From the IMG/VR virus record IMGVR_UViG_3300033067_002128, positions 34,432-98,431 of that record: 64,000 nt of DNA; one strand, given 5' to 3'. How positions within the stretch are numbered: position 1 is the stretch's first letter; each line of letters begins with the position of its first letter. A program made the translations under genes and the position numbers. This DNA comes from a virus (lineage: Duplodnaviria; Caudoviricetes). The notes beneath the pieces were generated by a model that searched no databases, had not been told where the DNA came from, and saw nothing but the letters and a program-made list of their open reading frames with translations. This document shows, in pieces, positions 46,599-56,306 of this stretch.

Positions 46599-47803
46599 AC
46601 AAAATCACAGCAAGCGTAGCAGGAATTTCTTTTGTCTTGAAAGAAAATCCCTCTTTAAAATACTCTGAGATAAAAGAAGGGGAATCCATTTCCATTATTC
46701 CAGAACCAGAAAACGATTATGATCCGAAAGCAATTCGTCTTGAATACAATGGAATGAAAATCGGTTATGTCCCGCGTAAAAAAGAGGGCTTGGATTTCAG
46801 CGTTCAATCTTGGTGTGGCGATCATATTGATGTTGTTTCGGCTAAAATAGATCAGGTTTGGTATCAGAAGGATGGGAAGACTACTTTTGAATATTCCGAA
46901 GGTTGCGAGTTGGTGGGGATATATGTCAAGTTTGAAATTCCGATTAAGGACGAATCCGAGTATGACACAATCATAACAAAGAATTCGTTTTCTGAGCCTG
47001 ATGTTATCGTGGACTTCAATGACACAAAACACATCTACAACATGCGCTTCAACGGGGGGACTAAGGTTCTCAAAGGTGGGACGACCTTTATTAAAAGATT
47101 CTACGAGCCCTTTGACTCAAAAAGAATTGCCCGCCAATGTTCAAAATATTGGGGAGTGGCCGCTTCCGAGATTGAGGAAATGTGGCTGTCCAATGGCGCT
47201 GTAGCTGGAGCCTTCGGAACCGTTATCCATCAAGCCCTAGAACACTATATCAATTTCAAAAAAGCTGGGGATACCATCACAAAAACTCGCAAAGCCTCTG
47301 GCAAGGATGTTGACGGCAATTATGCCATGCCCAAACACCCGTTTTTAAAGAAAACAATTCAATCTCTCAACAAACTAACCGACAAACTCGACAAGGAATA
47401 CGGGGTTCAAGAAGTTGTTGCAGAAGCCCTTGTCACTGATTCCGCGACTGGTTGGGGTGGGTTGATTGACCGCCTAGTTATTATTGACAAAAAGAAAAAA
47501 ATCGCCCGAGTTCAAGACTATAAGGTAAACATCGGGGCAGAAAAAGAAGAAGCCCACAGCAAACCTAAAGCTCCGTTCTCGCATCTTCCAGCCAACAAAT
47601 TAACCAAATATGCCTTACAATTGAGCTTCTATGCTTCTATTTTGAAAAAACACGGATGGACTATTGAAGGACTAGATGTGTTCATTTTCGAGGAGAAATG
47701 GGTTCACAGAGTTCTTGATTTGATTGATTTTTCTGAATATAAGGAAGAGATTAAAGAAGAATTTGCCAAAAAAGTAGTTGACAAATACGATCCTTTCCTG
47801 TAG
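46595..47803 (+). CDS. HIRAN domain fused to PD-(D/E)xK exonuclease
   Basis: VAGISF...PEPENDYDPKAI...KIGYVPR (HIRAN); FNDTKHIY, GTVIH, GLIDRL, QDYK, YALQLSFYA (Cas4/RecB-like). Confidence 0.8.
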   Translation: MNKITASVAGISFVLKENPSLKYSEIKEGESISIIPEPENDYDPKAIRLEYNGMKIGYVPRKKEGLDFSVQSWCGDHIDVVSAKIDQVWYQKDGKTTFEYSEGCELVGIYVKFEIPIKDESEYDTIITKNSFSEPDVIVDFNDTKHIYNMRFNGGTKVLKGGTTFIKRFYEPFDSKRIARQCSKYWGVAASEIEEMWLSNGAVAGAFGTVIHQALEHYINFKKAGDTITKTRKASGKDVDGNYAMPKHPFLKKTIQSLNKLTDKLDKEYGVQEVVAEALVTDSATGWGGLIDRLVIIDKKKKIARVQDYKVNIGAEKEEAHSKPKAPFSHLPANKLTKYALQLSFYASILKKHGWTIEGLDVFIFEEKWVHRVLDLIDFSEYKEEIKEEFAKKVVDKYDPFL

Positions 47804-47806
47804 AGT
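47778..47806 (+). promoter_or_regulatory. sigma70-type promoter
   Basis: TTGACA-N17-TAGAGT, 6 nt before GTG at 47813. Confidence 0.55.
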
Positions 47807-47812
47807 GAATTA

Positions 47813-48514
47813 GTGCAGGCTCTCTTCAAAACCCACGCAAGTATCGGGAAAAGTTTATTAAAAAATTCCGACATCTTAGACTTCCAGAAAGACCAAAATT
47901 TAAAAAAAGTAGTCGCCGTTGAGGACTCTTTTTATGGATTTCGTGAATTGAATTCCAAGTTACTCGAAAGAAAGTGTGATTTGGTTTTTGGGATTAGACT
48001 TCCCGTGGTGCAAAACGCCACCGATGAACGGCCATCCAAGTTGGTTTTCTTCGCCAAAAACAATGACGGAGTGCGGCAAATTAAAAAACTCTATACGAAA
48101 ACCTTCTGTTCGGACGCCCAAACGCTGTGTCTTAATGACTTGACTGCGGGCGAGTTTTCTGATACAAGAGTCGCCGTGCCGTTCTATGATTCGTTTATTT
48201 ACAACAATATTTTCCATTTTGGGCTTTGTGAGGTTGATCTTGGGAGGTTCGATCATTTCTTTTTTGAAGAATCAAACGATCATCCCTTTGATTTCATGAT
48301 TTCGGCCCAGCTTAGGAAGATCGCCAAGCCAGAGCAAATCGTGGCCGCGAAGTCGATTTACTACAAGAATAGAGAGGATGTTGAGGCTTTTCAGTTTTAT
48401 AAAAGTTGCACTTCAAGAAGTGGCGGGAAGCAACCGTCCTACGGTAATCCTCAACTTGAGCATTTTTGTTCGGCTGAGTTTTGCATCGAGTCTTACTTGG
48501 AGAGCCTTTCCTAA
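47813..48514 (+). CDS. stand-alone PHP domain of DNA polymerase III alpha
   Basis: FKTHASIGKSLL, VEDSFYGF, VFGIRL, FFAKNNDGVRQIKKLYT. Confidence 0.75.
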   Translation: MQALFKTHASIGKSLLKNSDILDFQKDQNLKKVVAVEDSFYGFRELNSKLLERKCDLVFGIRLPVVQNATDERPSKLVFFAKNNDGVRQIKKLYTKTFCSDAQTLCLNDLTAGEFSDTRVAVPFYDSFIYNNIFHFGLCEVDLGRFDHFFFEESNDHPFDFMISAQLRKIAKPEQIVAAKSIYYKNREDVEAFQFYKSCTSRSGGKQPSYGNPQLEHFCSAEFCIESYLESLS

Positions 48515-48543
48515 AGGTCATAAATGCGTGTATCCATATTTAT

Positions 48544-49503
48544 ATGGATACAGAACGATACATCAAAGAAAATTATAAGAAGATACCCACAAAACAAATT
48601 GCAGAACAGCTTGGAATAAAAGTCGCCACTGTTAAGCGACTGGCCAACAAAATTGGCGTTGGAAGTTTTTCTCGCGAAACAGAGCTTTTGGTTCCAGAAA
48701 TTTTAGACAAATATTACAAAAAGAAGCTTACAATAAAAACAATTTCTTCTCAAGTAGGTCTTTCTAAAGTCACCCTCAAAGGAGTATTAAAAAAATACGG
48801 TGTAGGAGGCAGGACTCGATCAGAAATGAATATAAAATATTCATGCGACATTGATTATTTTACTAATATAGACACTCCAGAAAAAGCTTATTGGTTTGGT
48901 TTTATTGCCGCTGACGGTAATTTGTGCGAAGGGAAAGTAACCATATCTTTGCATAAAAAAGATTTTTCGCTGTTAAAAAAGTTCAAAAAAGCCCTAAAAT
49001 ACAAGGGTAATTTTTATTTTAACAAAAAGAGCCCAATGATCTCGATTCGGATAAGAAGGCAAAAACTTTACGAAAGTTTAAAAAAACACGGCCTTATGGA
49101 AGCAAAAACGCATAAGATAGACGATTCTATTTTCTTGAAGATTCCTGAAAATTTAGTATTGCCCGCCATTCATGGGTATTTTGATGGAGACGGTTGCTTT
49201 TCTCTTGTTAAAAACACTGGAGTCTCAATGAGTATTTTAGGTAATGAATCTTTTTTGCTATATTTTAGAGATTTTTTTGTTAAAAATGGCTTGGATTTTG
49301 GAGCAGCCTTAATAAAGAAAGACAAAAGAACTAGATTTACTTATTCTTTTAACAAATATTTAAATAAAGATAATATGGTAAAAATATACAATTTGTTTTA
49401 TAATAGCGAAAATTCTTCAAAAGATTTCCTTGACAGAAAGAGAAAAAAATTATACGATCAGATTTGCGATGTTGGATTACAATCAGAAATACATGATCTA
49501 TGA
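48544..49503 (+). CDS. free-standing LAGLIDADG homing endonuclease
   Basis: AYWFGFIAADGN and IHGYFDGDGC; start set at MDTERY, 10 nt after GTGTAT. Confidence 0.9.
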   Translation: MDTERYIKENYKKIPTKQIAEQLGIKVATVKRLANKIGVGSFSRETELLVPEILDKYYKKKLTIKTISSQVGLSKVTLKGVLKKYGVGGRTRSEMNIKYSCDIDYFTNIDTPEKAYWFGFIAADGNLCEGKVTISLHKKDFSLLKKFKKALKYKGNFYFNKKSPMISIRIRRQKLYESLKKHGLMEAKTHKIDDSIFLKIPENLVLPAIHGYFDGDGCFSLVKNTGVSMSILGNESFLLYFRDFFVKNGLDFGAALIKKDKRTRFTYSFNKYLNKDNMVKIYNLFYNSENSSKDFLDRKRKKLYDQICDVGLQSEIHDL

Positions 49504-50131
49504 CGGGGAATCGGACGGTTTAAATCTTGTTTCTGTAAAATGTTGGCAACTTGCTTGGGCTTTGGCTACGGGCAATCGGATAACAGACATATTCAACCGA
49601 TTCATTTATTGGCCAGATTTGGAGGTTTCCGAGGGGGCAGCAAGGGTTACTGGATTTGACGTTGGATATTATCAATCCATTGGGAAAAAGAACAAGACAT
49701 ACAGGGTCAAGGGGAAAATATTCAAAGCCGAAGAGCCATCAGTGGTTTTGAATGATTTTATAAAGGGTGTTGGCGATCCAGAACGTCTCATCATAGGGCA
49801 GAACCTTCTCGGTTTCGACGTATTTTTAATCGCTTCACTTCAAAAGTGGATGGGGCAAAAACCAGATTATTCTTATATTTCTCGTATCTATGATACCCAC
49901 GTATTAGGAAAGGCTTATAAAGAAGGCCTCCAGAAACCGACCAGTGGAGATTTTCTTGCTTGGCAGTATAAAATCAAACACGATAAAACGCTCAAAGCTA
50001 AATCCTCACAACTTTATCAATTGAAGAATTTAGGGATCGAGTTCGATGAGGCAAAACTTCACGATGCCATAACAGACGTTGAGAACACCTTCAAGATTTT
50101 CCTAGAACTCAAAAAAAGAATGAATTTCTAA
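49469..50131 (+). CDS. DEDDh 3'-5' exonuclease (Pol III epsilon-like)
   Basis: YDGESDGL, GQNLLGFD, YDT, LHDAITDV; start set at MLDYNQ. Confidence 0.85.
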   Translation: MLDYNQKYMIYDGESDGLNLVSVKCWQLAWALATGNRITDIFNRFIYWPDLEVSEGAARVTGFDVGYYQSIGKKNKTYRVKGKIFKAEEPSVVLNDFIKGVGDPERLIIGQNLLGFDVFLIASLQKWMGQKPDYSYISRIYDTHVLGKAYKEGLQKPTSGDFLAWQYKIKHDKTLKAKSSQLYQLKNLGIEFDEAKLHDAITDVENTFKIFLELKKRMNF

Positions 50132-52698
50132 TGTTTGAAGACTTTACCACATACGATGACCACGAAAACGCTGGAGTCGAACTTCCGAAGATTTACTTAT
50201 CGGAAGACGAATTCCATGCGATTGACCCTAAGTTGAGTATTAAATCATCCAGTTTGGATGTTTTAAAGAGTCTTTCGCGCCAAGGAATTAAAGATCGCGG
50301 CATTGACAAGATGCCAAACAAAAAGGATTACTATGATCGCGCCAAATATGAGATCGAGGTTTTCGATGAATTGGGATTTGTGGATTACATTCTGTTGAAT
50401 TGGGATATTATCGGGTATTGTCACAAGATGGGGATTCCCGTTGGTGGTGGGCGCGGTTCCTCAGCGGGGAGTTTGATACTTTACCTTCTCAATGTTACGA
50501 ATGTTGACCCAATTGAACACGGACTATTCTTCGAAAGATTTGTATCAAAAACAAGAGCGAAGAAAGTCACAGATAAGCGAGGCAAAGAATTTCTTGTTGG
50601 AAGCCTTCTTCCTGATGTCGATTCAGACATTTCTTATGATCAACGCCAAAGAGTTATTTCTTATATTGAAGAAAAGCATAAAGGACGGACTTCAAAAATT
50701 CTTACCTTCAATACCTTTAGTTCCAAGCTTTGCATACGCGAGGCTGTAAAATATTTTGAGGAGGCAAAAGAAGACGACGCCAATATCGTTAGCGATATGA
50801 TCCCGAAAAATCACGGTGTCGTCTCAGAGCTATCAAAAGCAAAACAAGACAACGAAGTTTTTGGAAGATGGACGGAAATCCATAAAAAAACTTATGAAAA
50901 CGCACTAAAGATTCAAGACTTATATAAGAACACTGGAGTTCATCCTTCTGGAATCGCCATTTGCGCGGACAATATTGAAGAAGTAATGCCTCTCCAAAAG
51001 ACTAAAGAAGGAGCAATTGTTTCTGGTTATGACATGGATGGCGTTTCTGATTTGATGGTGAAGTTCGACATTCTTGGACTTAGGACTTTGACGATTGCGG
51101 ATAATACATGCAAAAAACTTGGCATTAGTCTTGATTCAATCGACCACAACGACCCATTTGTTTATCAAGTTTTGCAGGATTTCAGACATCCAGTTGGGTT
51201 GTTTCAAATTTCCGCCGAAACAAACTTTAAGGTTTGTCAACAAGTCAAACCTCTTTCTCTCGCAGAACTGTCTGATGTTATCGCCCTTGCCCGCCCAGCA
51301 ACCCTTCAATTTATTTCAGATTACGTAGAACAAAAGAAAAATCCAAGAAAGATCGGAGTCAACGATGATTTGGATGAACTTCTTCAAAATTCGAAGAACG
51401 TCATGCTCTATCAGGAAACAATGATGTTCGCTGCGAATAAGGTTTTTGGCATGAGCCTTGAAGAAGCCGAAACGCTTCGCCGTGTTGTGGGAAAAAAGAA
51501 GCTTGATGAAATTCCCGCTTGGAAAGAAAAGATTTACGATGCTGCCGAAAAGAAAGGCCTCAATTCACAGGTGGCGGATTATTTTTGGGCCTTTGTAGAA
51601 GCTGCTGGAAATTATTCTTTCAATCTAAGCCATAGCCGCGCTTACGCGATTCTTGCCGCGAAGACTGTTTATTTAAAATTTAAGCATCCACAAGAGTTTT
51701 TCATTTCTGTCTTAGAATCCAGCCAATTCGAACCAAACCCCCTAGAAACCGTAGCAGAAGTAAATCAAGAACTCCGAGACTTTGGAATCAAACTGCTACC
51801 ACCCTCCCTAGAGAAGTCTCACATGAACTTTTCAGTAGAAGAAGGAAACATTAGATATGGCTTAAACAGCATCAAAGGCATCTCAGGAAAGTCTTTCCAA
51901 GCCTTGATTGATTTTCGAGGCCATCAATTCAATAACAAATATGAAGTCTTCATGGGGGCAAAACATGCTGGCCTTAACATTTCCGTCCTCGCGGCACTCA
52001 TTCAAGCAGGAGCCATGCAGGATTCAGGCAAGGACCGCAGCAGATTGGTTCTTGAGGCACAAGCCTTCAATCTTCTTACAGACCGAGAGAAGCGTAATTT
52101 CTGCAAGATTGGAGAGCGTTTTGGGTATGATGTCCTTAATTCCATTTCAGAAATTGTTGAGAAAAAAATTCTTGGAGATGACAATAAGGCAATCATTTCG
52201 GAAAAGAGATTTACAACTTTGAAAAACAACTTCAAAAAATACCGCGAAGTCTATCAACACAATCGCAAATTTGAAAAGTTTGCCAATTGGTGGTATGAAA
52301 CCACCCTTCTTGGATACAGTTATTCGTTTTCTTTGAAAGAGTGCTTCTTGGATGAATTTGAAACAATGTCAAACACTCTTGAGCTTCAAAGTATTGAAGA
52401 AAAAGGAAAATTCAAGACGGCTGTTCAAGTAATTGACTTTTTCATAAAGACAAGCGCGGCTGGTAACAAATACATGAATATATCTGCCAGCGACGAAAAA
52501 GGAGCGGCCAAGTTTCTTTTTATGGACAATAGGCGCGAAGAAAAGTTGACAGAATTTATCAACTCTGGTAATAAGATAAGCAAGGGAGATGTTTTAATTC
52601 TTTCAGGAAGCAAAAGCGGCGACACAAACTTTGTCGATACAATTAAAATCATCGACACAAAAATTTACATGAGAAGCAGCGAAATCAAAAATGATTAA
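50131..52698 (+). CDS. dnaE: DNA polymerase III alpha catalytic subunit lacking PHP domain
   Basis: GRGSSAGSL, LFFERF, PDVDSD, HPSG, KFDILGL, YSFNLSH, IRYGLNSIKG, C-terminal OB fold. Confidence 0.95.
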   Translation: MFEDFTTYDDHENAGVELPKIYLSEDEFHAIDPKLSIKSSSLDVLKSLSRQGIKDRGIDKMPNKKDYYDRAKYEIEVFDELGFVDYILLNWDIIGYCHKMGIPVGGGRGSSAGSLILYLLNVTNVDPIEHGLFFERFVSKTRAKKVTDKRGKEFLVGSLLPDVDSDISYDQRQRVISYIEEKHKGRTSKILTFNTFSSKLCIREAVKYFEEAKEDDANIVSDMIPKNHGVVSELSKAKQDNEVFGRWTEIHKKTYENALKIQDLYKNTGVHPSGIAICADNIEEVMPLQKTKEGAIVSGYDMDGVSDLMVKFDILGLRTLTIADNTCKKLGISLDSIDHNDPFVYQVLQDFRHPVGLFQISAETNFKVCQQVKPLSLAELSDVIALARPATLQFISDYVEQKKNPRKIGVNDDLDELLQNSKNVMLYQETMMFAANKVFGMSLEEAETLRRVVGKKKLDEIPAWKEKIYDAAEKKGLNSQVADYFWAFVEAAGNYSFNLSHSRAYAILAAKTVYLKFKHPQEFFISVLESSQFEPNPLETVAEVNQELRDFGIKLLPPSLEKSHMNFSVEEGNIRYGLNSIKGISGKSFQALIDFRGHQFNNKYEVFMGAKHAGLNISVLAALIQAGAMQDSGKDRSRLVLEAQAFNLLTDREKRNFCKIGERFGYDVLNSISEIVEKKILGDDNKAIISEKRFTTLKNNFKKYREVYQHNRKFEKFANWWYETTLLGYSYSFSLKECFLDEFETMSNTLELQSIEEKGKFKTAVQVIDFFIKTSAAGNKYMNISASDEKGAAKFLFMDNRREEKLTEFINSGNKISKGDVLILSGSKSGDTNFVDTIKIIDTKIYMRSSEIKND

Positions 52699-55021
52699 TT
52701 CAACCATCAGCAATCATCTTCAAGCGAACATAGAAAGAGCAAAAACTCTTGCTTTGAGTTTAGGCAGAAATGGAGTCGATCCAGATTTGCTTTTATATAC
52801 GCTTTTAACATTCCCGTCTTTGGGGGCGTCTTCCATTTTCAAGAATTCTGGTTTGGATGTAGAGGGGCTGCAATCATTGATCACTGACGAAATAAATAAT
52901 AAAAAACCAAGCAGATCGCCGTCAGACCATCTTTCCCTAAAAACAAAAAACCTGTTAAAAATCGCAGAAAATTTAAGCATTGGCAGTTTTGAACTCGATT
53001 ATGTTTGCTCGGAACTGCTCTTTCTTTGTTTTTTTTCAGAGGATTTTGCTCCGAAATCATTAAAGAAATTTTTCAACGTTCAATCTGTTGAGGAATTGAA
53101 CCAAATGGATGCCATCCAAAAACTTTTTCAATCTACAGCAATGTATTTGAAGGATTATGAGTTTGAAGACGAGGAGGAAGATGTTGTCCAAGATTTTAAG
53201 GCCGAGGGAAACTCTTCTGACAACTATTTGGACATGTTCGAAGACAATCCTATTCTTTCTCAGTTCGCGGAGAACTTGAATTTAAAGGCAATACAAGGGG
53301 CGTTTGAACAGATTGTTGATTTTGACAACAAAATTGGCGAGTTGGCGGCGATTCTTTGCAGAAAGAAAAAACCGAATGCAATTCTAGTCGGTATCGGAGG
53401 GTGCGGAAAAAGTTCTATTGTCGAATCTCTTGCCCTTAGAATCGTTCGTGGCGAAGCGCCAGAGCTTTTGGCAAACAAGGTCATCTATTCTCTCAACCTC
53501 TCTTCCATGGTGGCTGGAACGATCTACAGAGGCCAGTTTGAAGAAAGACTGAAAAACTTTGTATCCGAAATTAAAAAATACAACAATATCATTCTTTTTG
53601 TTGATGAAATTCATACGCTAGTTGGCGCTGGAGGCGGATCATCTTCTTCTCTTGAAGCTTCAAACGCCCTTAAGCCAGAACTTGCTCGCGGAACAATTTC
53701 CTGTATTGGGGCCACTACCATCAACGAATATACGGAGACGATTAAAAAAGACTCCGCTCTTGATAGGCGATTTGAAAGAGTTCTTGTAAGAGAACCGTCC
53801 AAATTCATAATGCAGGAAATTCTACCCACAATTGTTTCCCATTACGAAGACTTCCATGGAGTTGAATATTCTCAAGAGTTTGTAAACAATGTTGTAGAAT
53901 TTTGCGAAAGGTTTTTGCCGAATAGGGCGTATCCAGACAAAGCGGTGACTGTTATCGACCATTGTGGCGCACAAGCGAAAGTCAATTTTTGGGAGACAGA
54001 CGACTCAGTAAAAGAATCCCATAAGCGCATTTTGTCCAAGATAGACGATCTTGGGGAAATTCCTGCGGCATTGTTTGAGGATTTAAATCAAAAACTTGAA
54101 CTTTGGCAGGAAAAAGTAATGAAGGAAAAGCCTGTTGTCGGACTACAACATCTAAAAGATTATTTCGAAACAAAGAAAAACCCCCTTTCCTCTCCAGAAG
54201 TTTGTAAAAATGTTTCGTTGTTCATGAGAAGAGAATTTGTGGGCCAAAAGAAAACCCTGAAAGATTTTTTTGAAACTCTTGGCAAAGTGTCAATGGGTTT
54301 GGGTAAAAAAGCTTCAACATCTTGTCCAGATAGTTATTTGTTTTACGGAGCCAAGTCTTCTGGCAAAACACTCTTTGCAAAAACCCTAAAAAACGCCCTT
54401 GAGAAGAACGGCTCTTCTGTCATTTATTATAGCGGATCACAGTTGGCAGACGCATATTCGCCTTACAAAATCATTTCCGAACACGGCAAAAACACAACAT
54501 TATGTGAAAAAGTCGTAATGAATCCAAACTGTGTGATTATTATTGACGATTTTGACGATATTCATTTTACCTGCATTGATTTGTTCTCTCAGATTCTTAA
54601 AGACGGCAAATTACAAATGAGCAATGGAGATATTGCGGATTTTTCTAATTGCAAATTTGTTTTTACTTGCAAGGCAGACGAGTCCTCTTCAATGGGCTTC
54701 AATTCTTCGAAAGAAAATCTTGGCCCGAAGTTGAATAAAAAACTTTTGGCACTTATGGAGCAGTCTTTATTTCTTTCAAATCCCCTTCCAAGAGACTTGA
54801 GGAGAATCGTTTACAATAGACTTAAAAAGATAAAAACAAATCTTTTGTTTCAAGATGTCGGTTTTGAGTTCAACTTTAAATTTATTCAAAATTTGGTAGA
54901 AAAAAACAAATGCGAAGAAAATTGTGCGGAAACAGTCAACAGGGCAATCGAATCAGAAATTGTGGGCATTGTTGCTCAAAAAATTATCAATGGAGACAAA
55001 GAAATCCATCTTTGTTCTTGA
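52691..55021 (+). CDS. ClpA/ClpC-like AAA+ ATPase
   Basis: Clp N-domain, GIGGCGKS, AGTIYRGQFEER, FVDEIH, LKPELARG, DSALDRRF, PDKA; second AAA GAKSSGKT; SSMGF loop. Confidence 0.9.
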   Translation: MINSTISNHLQANIERAKTLALSLGRNGVDPDLLLYTLLTFPSLGASSIFKNSGLDVEGLQSLITDEINNKKPSRSPSDHLSLKTKNLLKIAENLSIGSFELDYVCSELLFLCFFSEDFAPKSLKKFFNVQSVEELNQMDAIQKLFQSTAMYLKDYEFEDEEEDVVQDFKAEGNSSDNYLDMFEDNPILSQFAENLNLKAIQGAFEQIVDFDNKIGELAAILCRKKKPNAILVGIGGCGKSSIVESLALRIVRGEAPELLANKVIYSLNLSSMVAGTIYRGQFEERLKNFVSEIKKYNNIILFVDEIHTLVGAGGGSSSSLEASNALKPELARGTISCIGATTINEYTETIKKDSALDRRFERVLVREPSKFIMQEILPTIVSHYEDFHGVEYSQEFVNNVVEFCERFLPNRAYPDKAVTVIDHCGAQAKVNFWETDDSVKESHKRILSKIDDLGEIPAALFEDLNQKLELWQEKVMKEKPVVGLQHLKDYFETKKNPLSSPEVCKNVSLFMRREFVGQKKTLKDFFETLGKVSMGLGKKASTSCPDSYLFYGAKSSGKTLFAKTLKNALEKNGSSVIYYSGSQLADAYSPYKIISEHGKNTTLCEKVVMNPNCVIIIDDFDDIHFTCIDLFSQILKDGKLQMSNGDIADFSNCKFVFTCKADESSSMGFNSSKENLGPKLNKKLLALMEQSLFLSNPLPRDLRRIVYNRLKKIKTNLLFQDVGFEFNFKFIQNLVEKNKCEENCAETVNRAIESEIVGIVAQKIINGDKEIHLCS

Positions 55022-55045
55022 CATTTTTCATAAAACCAGTAACAT
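55018..55045 (+). promoter_or_regulatory. sigma70-type promoter
   Basis: TTGACA-N16-TAACAT, 9 nt before ATG at 55055. Confidence 0.55.
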
Positions 55046-55054
55046 ACAACAAGC

Positions 55055-55258
55055 ATGAAGAAACTAACACAAAGACAAATTGGCGCACTTAATCAAATCC
55101 GCAACTCAAAAGGACGCTTTTTCGGCCTCCATACGACTTCGGGCGAAGTTATGAACGCGCAATTCCGTTCAGAGACAGACTCCTATGTGAACGTCTATGA
55201 TCGCAACAATCGCCGCAATCGCAAACTGGCCAAGACCAGCATCGCTTCTGTCGGCTAA
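55055..55258 (+). CDS. small basic hypothetical protein
   Basis: 67 aa ORF with own promoter and downstream hairpin. Confidence 0.7.
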   Translation: MKKLTQRQIGALNQIRNSKGRFFGLHTTSGEVMNAQFRSETDSYVNVYDRNNRRNRKLAKTSIASVG

Positions 55259-55265
55259 AACCCAA

Positions 55266-55285
55266 GCGGGGGAGAAATCCCCCGC
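55266..55285 (+). terminator. GC-rich hairpin with GAAA tetraloop (terminator or RNA-stabilising)
   Basis: GCGGGGGA-GAAA-TCCCCCGC; no clear U-tract. Confidence 0.5.
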
Positions 55286-55297
55286 CACCCATTTCCA

Positions 55298-55477
55298 ATG
55301 AGAAATAAAAAAGCAAAGCAGATTAGAAAAATTTTCGGTCTTTCCGAGAATTTGGATAATCAAATCCTTAAAAGAACTTACAAAAGATTTAAAAAGCTGT
55401 ATGTCAGAACGCCCAGCAGACAAAAATCCATTCTACTTCAAAGAATTCAATCAAAATACTCCTATGGACAAAACTGA
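55298..55477 (+). CDS. small basic hypothetical protein (59 aa, not in ORF track)
   Basis: MRNKKAKQIRKIFGLSENLDNQILKRTYKRFKKLY...; fills the gap and overlaps the next start. Confidence 0.6.
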   Translation: MRNKKAKQIRKIFGLSENLDNQILKRTYKRFKKLYVRTPSRQKSILLQRIQSKYSYGQN

Positions 55478-55730
55478 GAACACAAAAGAAAGCCCTTCCA
55501 AAAAAGAAAGCCCTTCCAAAAAAGAAAGCCCTTCCAAAAAAGAAGAAAACGATTGGGCAAAAAGGGAAATCGGCGTGCTGTGGAAGCATGCTACGGTTAA
55601 ACAAACCTTTTATTCTGGAAAAATTCAATTGAATGATCAAGAGTGGGATATTGTTTGCTTTACCAACAAGAACAAGCAAAAAGACAGCCATCCCGACATT
55701 CGAATCTACCTTTCCGAACCACCAAAATAA
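55464..55730 (+). CDS. DUF736-like protein with N-terminal KESPSK repeats
   Basis: IGVLWK...FYSGKI...FTNKNKQKDSHPDIRIY; start at MDKTEN. Confidence 0.6.
   Translation: MDKTENTKESPSKKESPSKKESPSKKEENDWAKREIGVLWKHATVKQTFYSGKIQLNDQEWDIVCFTNKNKQKDSHPDIRIYLSEPPK
55485..55544 (+). repeat. 18-bp exact tandem repeat x3 (AAAGAAAGCCCTTCCAAA)
   Basis: Three identical units encoding KESPSK plus a partial unit. Confidence 0.95.
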
Positions 55731-55936
55731 TGACTCCAGAAAAAGAACAGCAACTAAAATCAAAGCTAATTCAACAAATTGTAGGATCGGTTTCCTTTGC
55801 GGAGATTGTAAAGATTCTTCATGAGTTGGCGACAAGAGAAGTTGACCATCAGCTTTCAGAAGCGACAGACGAACAAAAACAAGAGATTTATAATGAACTC
55901 TTTAACGCGGCAGATTCAGAAGCGCCCTCCGAATAA
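55730..55936 (+). CDS. hypothetical protein
   Basis: MTPEKEQQLK..., TAATG-coupled to previous gene. Confidence 0.65.
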   Translation: MTPEKEQQLKSKLIQQIVGSVSFAEIVKILHELATREVDHQLSEATDEQKQEIYNELFNAADSEAPSE

Positions 55937-56113
55937 TGTCGGAGAGTTTTATATTGAGTTCAGGAAGCCTAATGAGCTAGGTTTTTTCCTTTCTTCTTTT
56001 CACAAGACATTTGAATCCGCCCAAAAAGAAAGAGATAGGCTGATTTCTGCTGGAGCGACGGAGGCTCTGATTAAAAAAAGAGAATAGTTTTGGTTTTTGG
56101 TGTATATTTTAGT

Positions 56114-56302
56114 ATGGACACTCAAATTCTTCTTAATTTCCTTAATGAAAACACCATAGTTTCTGTTGTAACTGCTGTCGTGACTATTTTTTCTGCTATT
56201 TCTGCTGTCACAGGAACTCCACCAGCAAACACGCTTTGGGGCAAGCTTTATAAATTAGTAGATTTTTTGTCTTTAAATGTCTTGAAAGCCAAAGACAAGT
56301 AA
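56114..56302 (+). CDS. small membrane protein, putative holin
   Basis: Hydrophobic IVSVVTAVVTIFSAISAVT then TPP...GKLYKLVDFLSLNVLKAK; GTGTAT 8 nt upstream. Confidence 0.55.
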   Translation: MDTQILLNFLNENTIVSVVTAVVTIFSAISAVTGTPPANTLWGKLYKLVDFLSLNVLKAKDK

Positions 56303-56306
56303 ATTT

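Noticed and set aside
48515-49503. Group I intron joining the PHP and exonuclease genes
   Set aside because: Only about 30 nt of non-coding flank, no room for a ribozyme core; both neighbours have their own stop and start.
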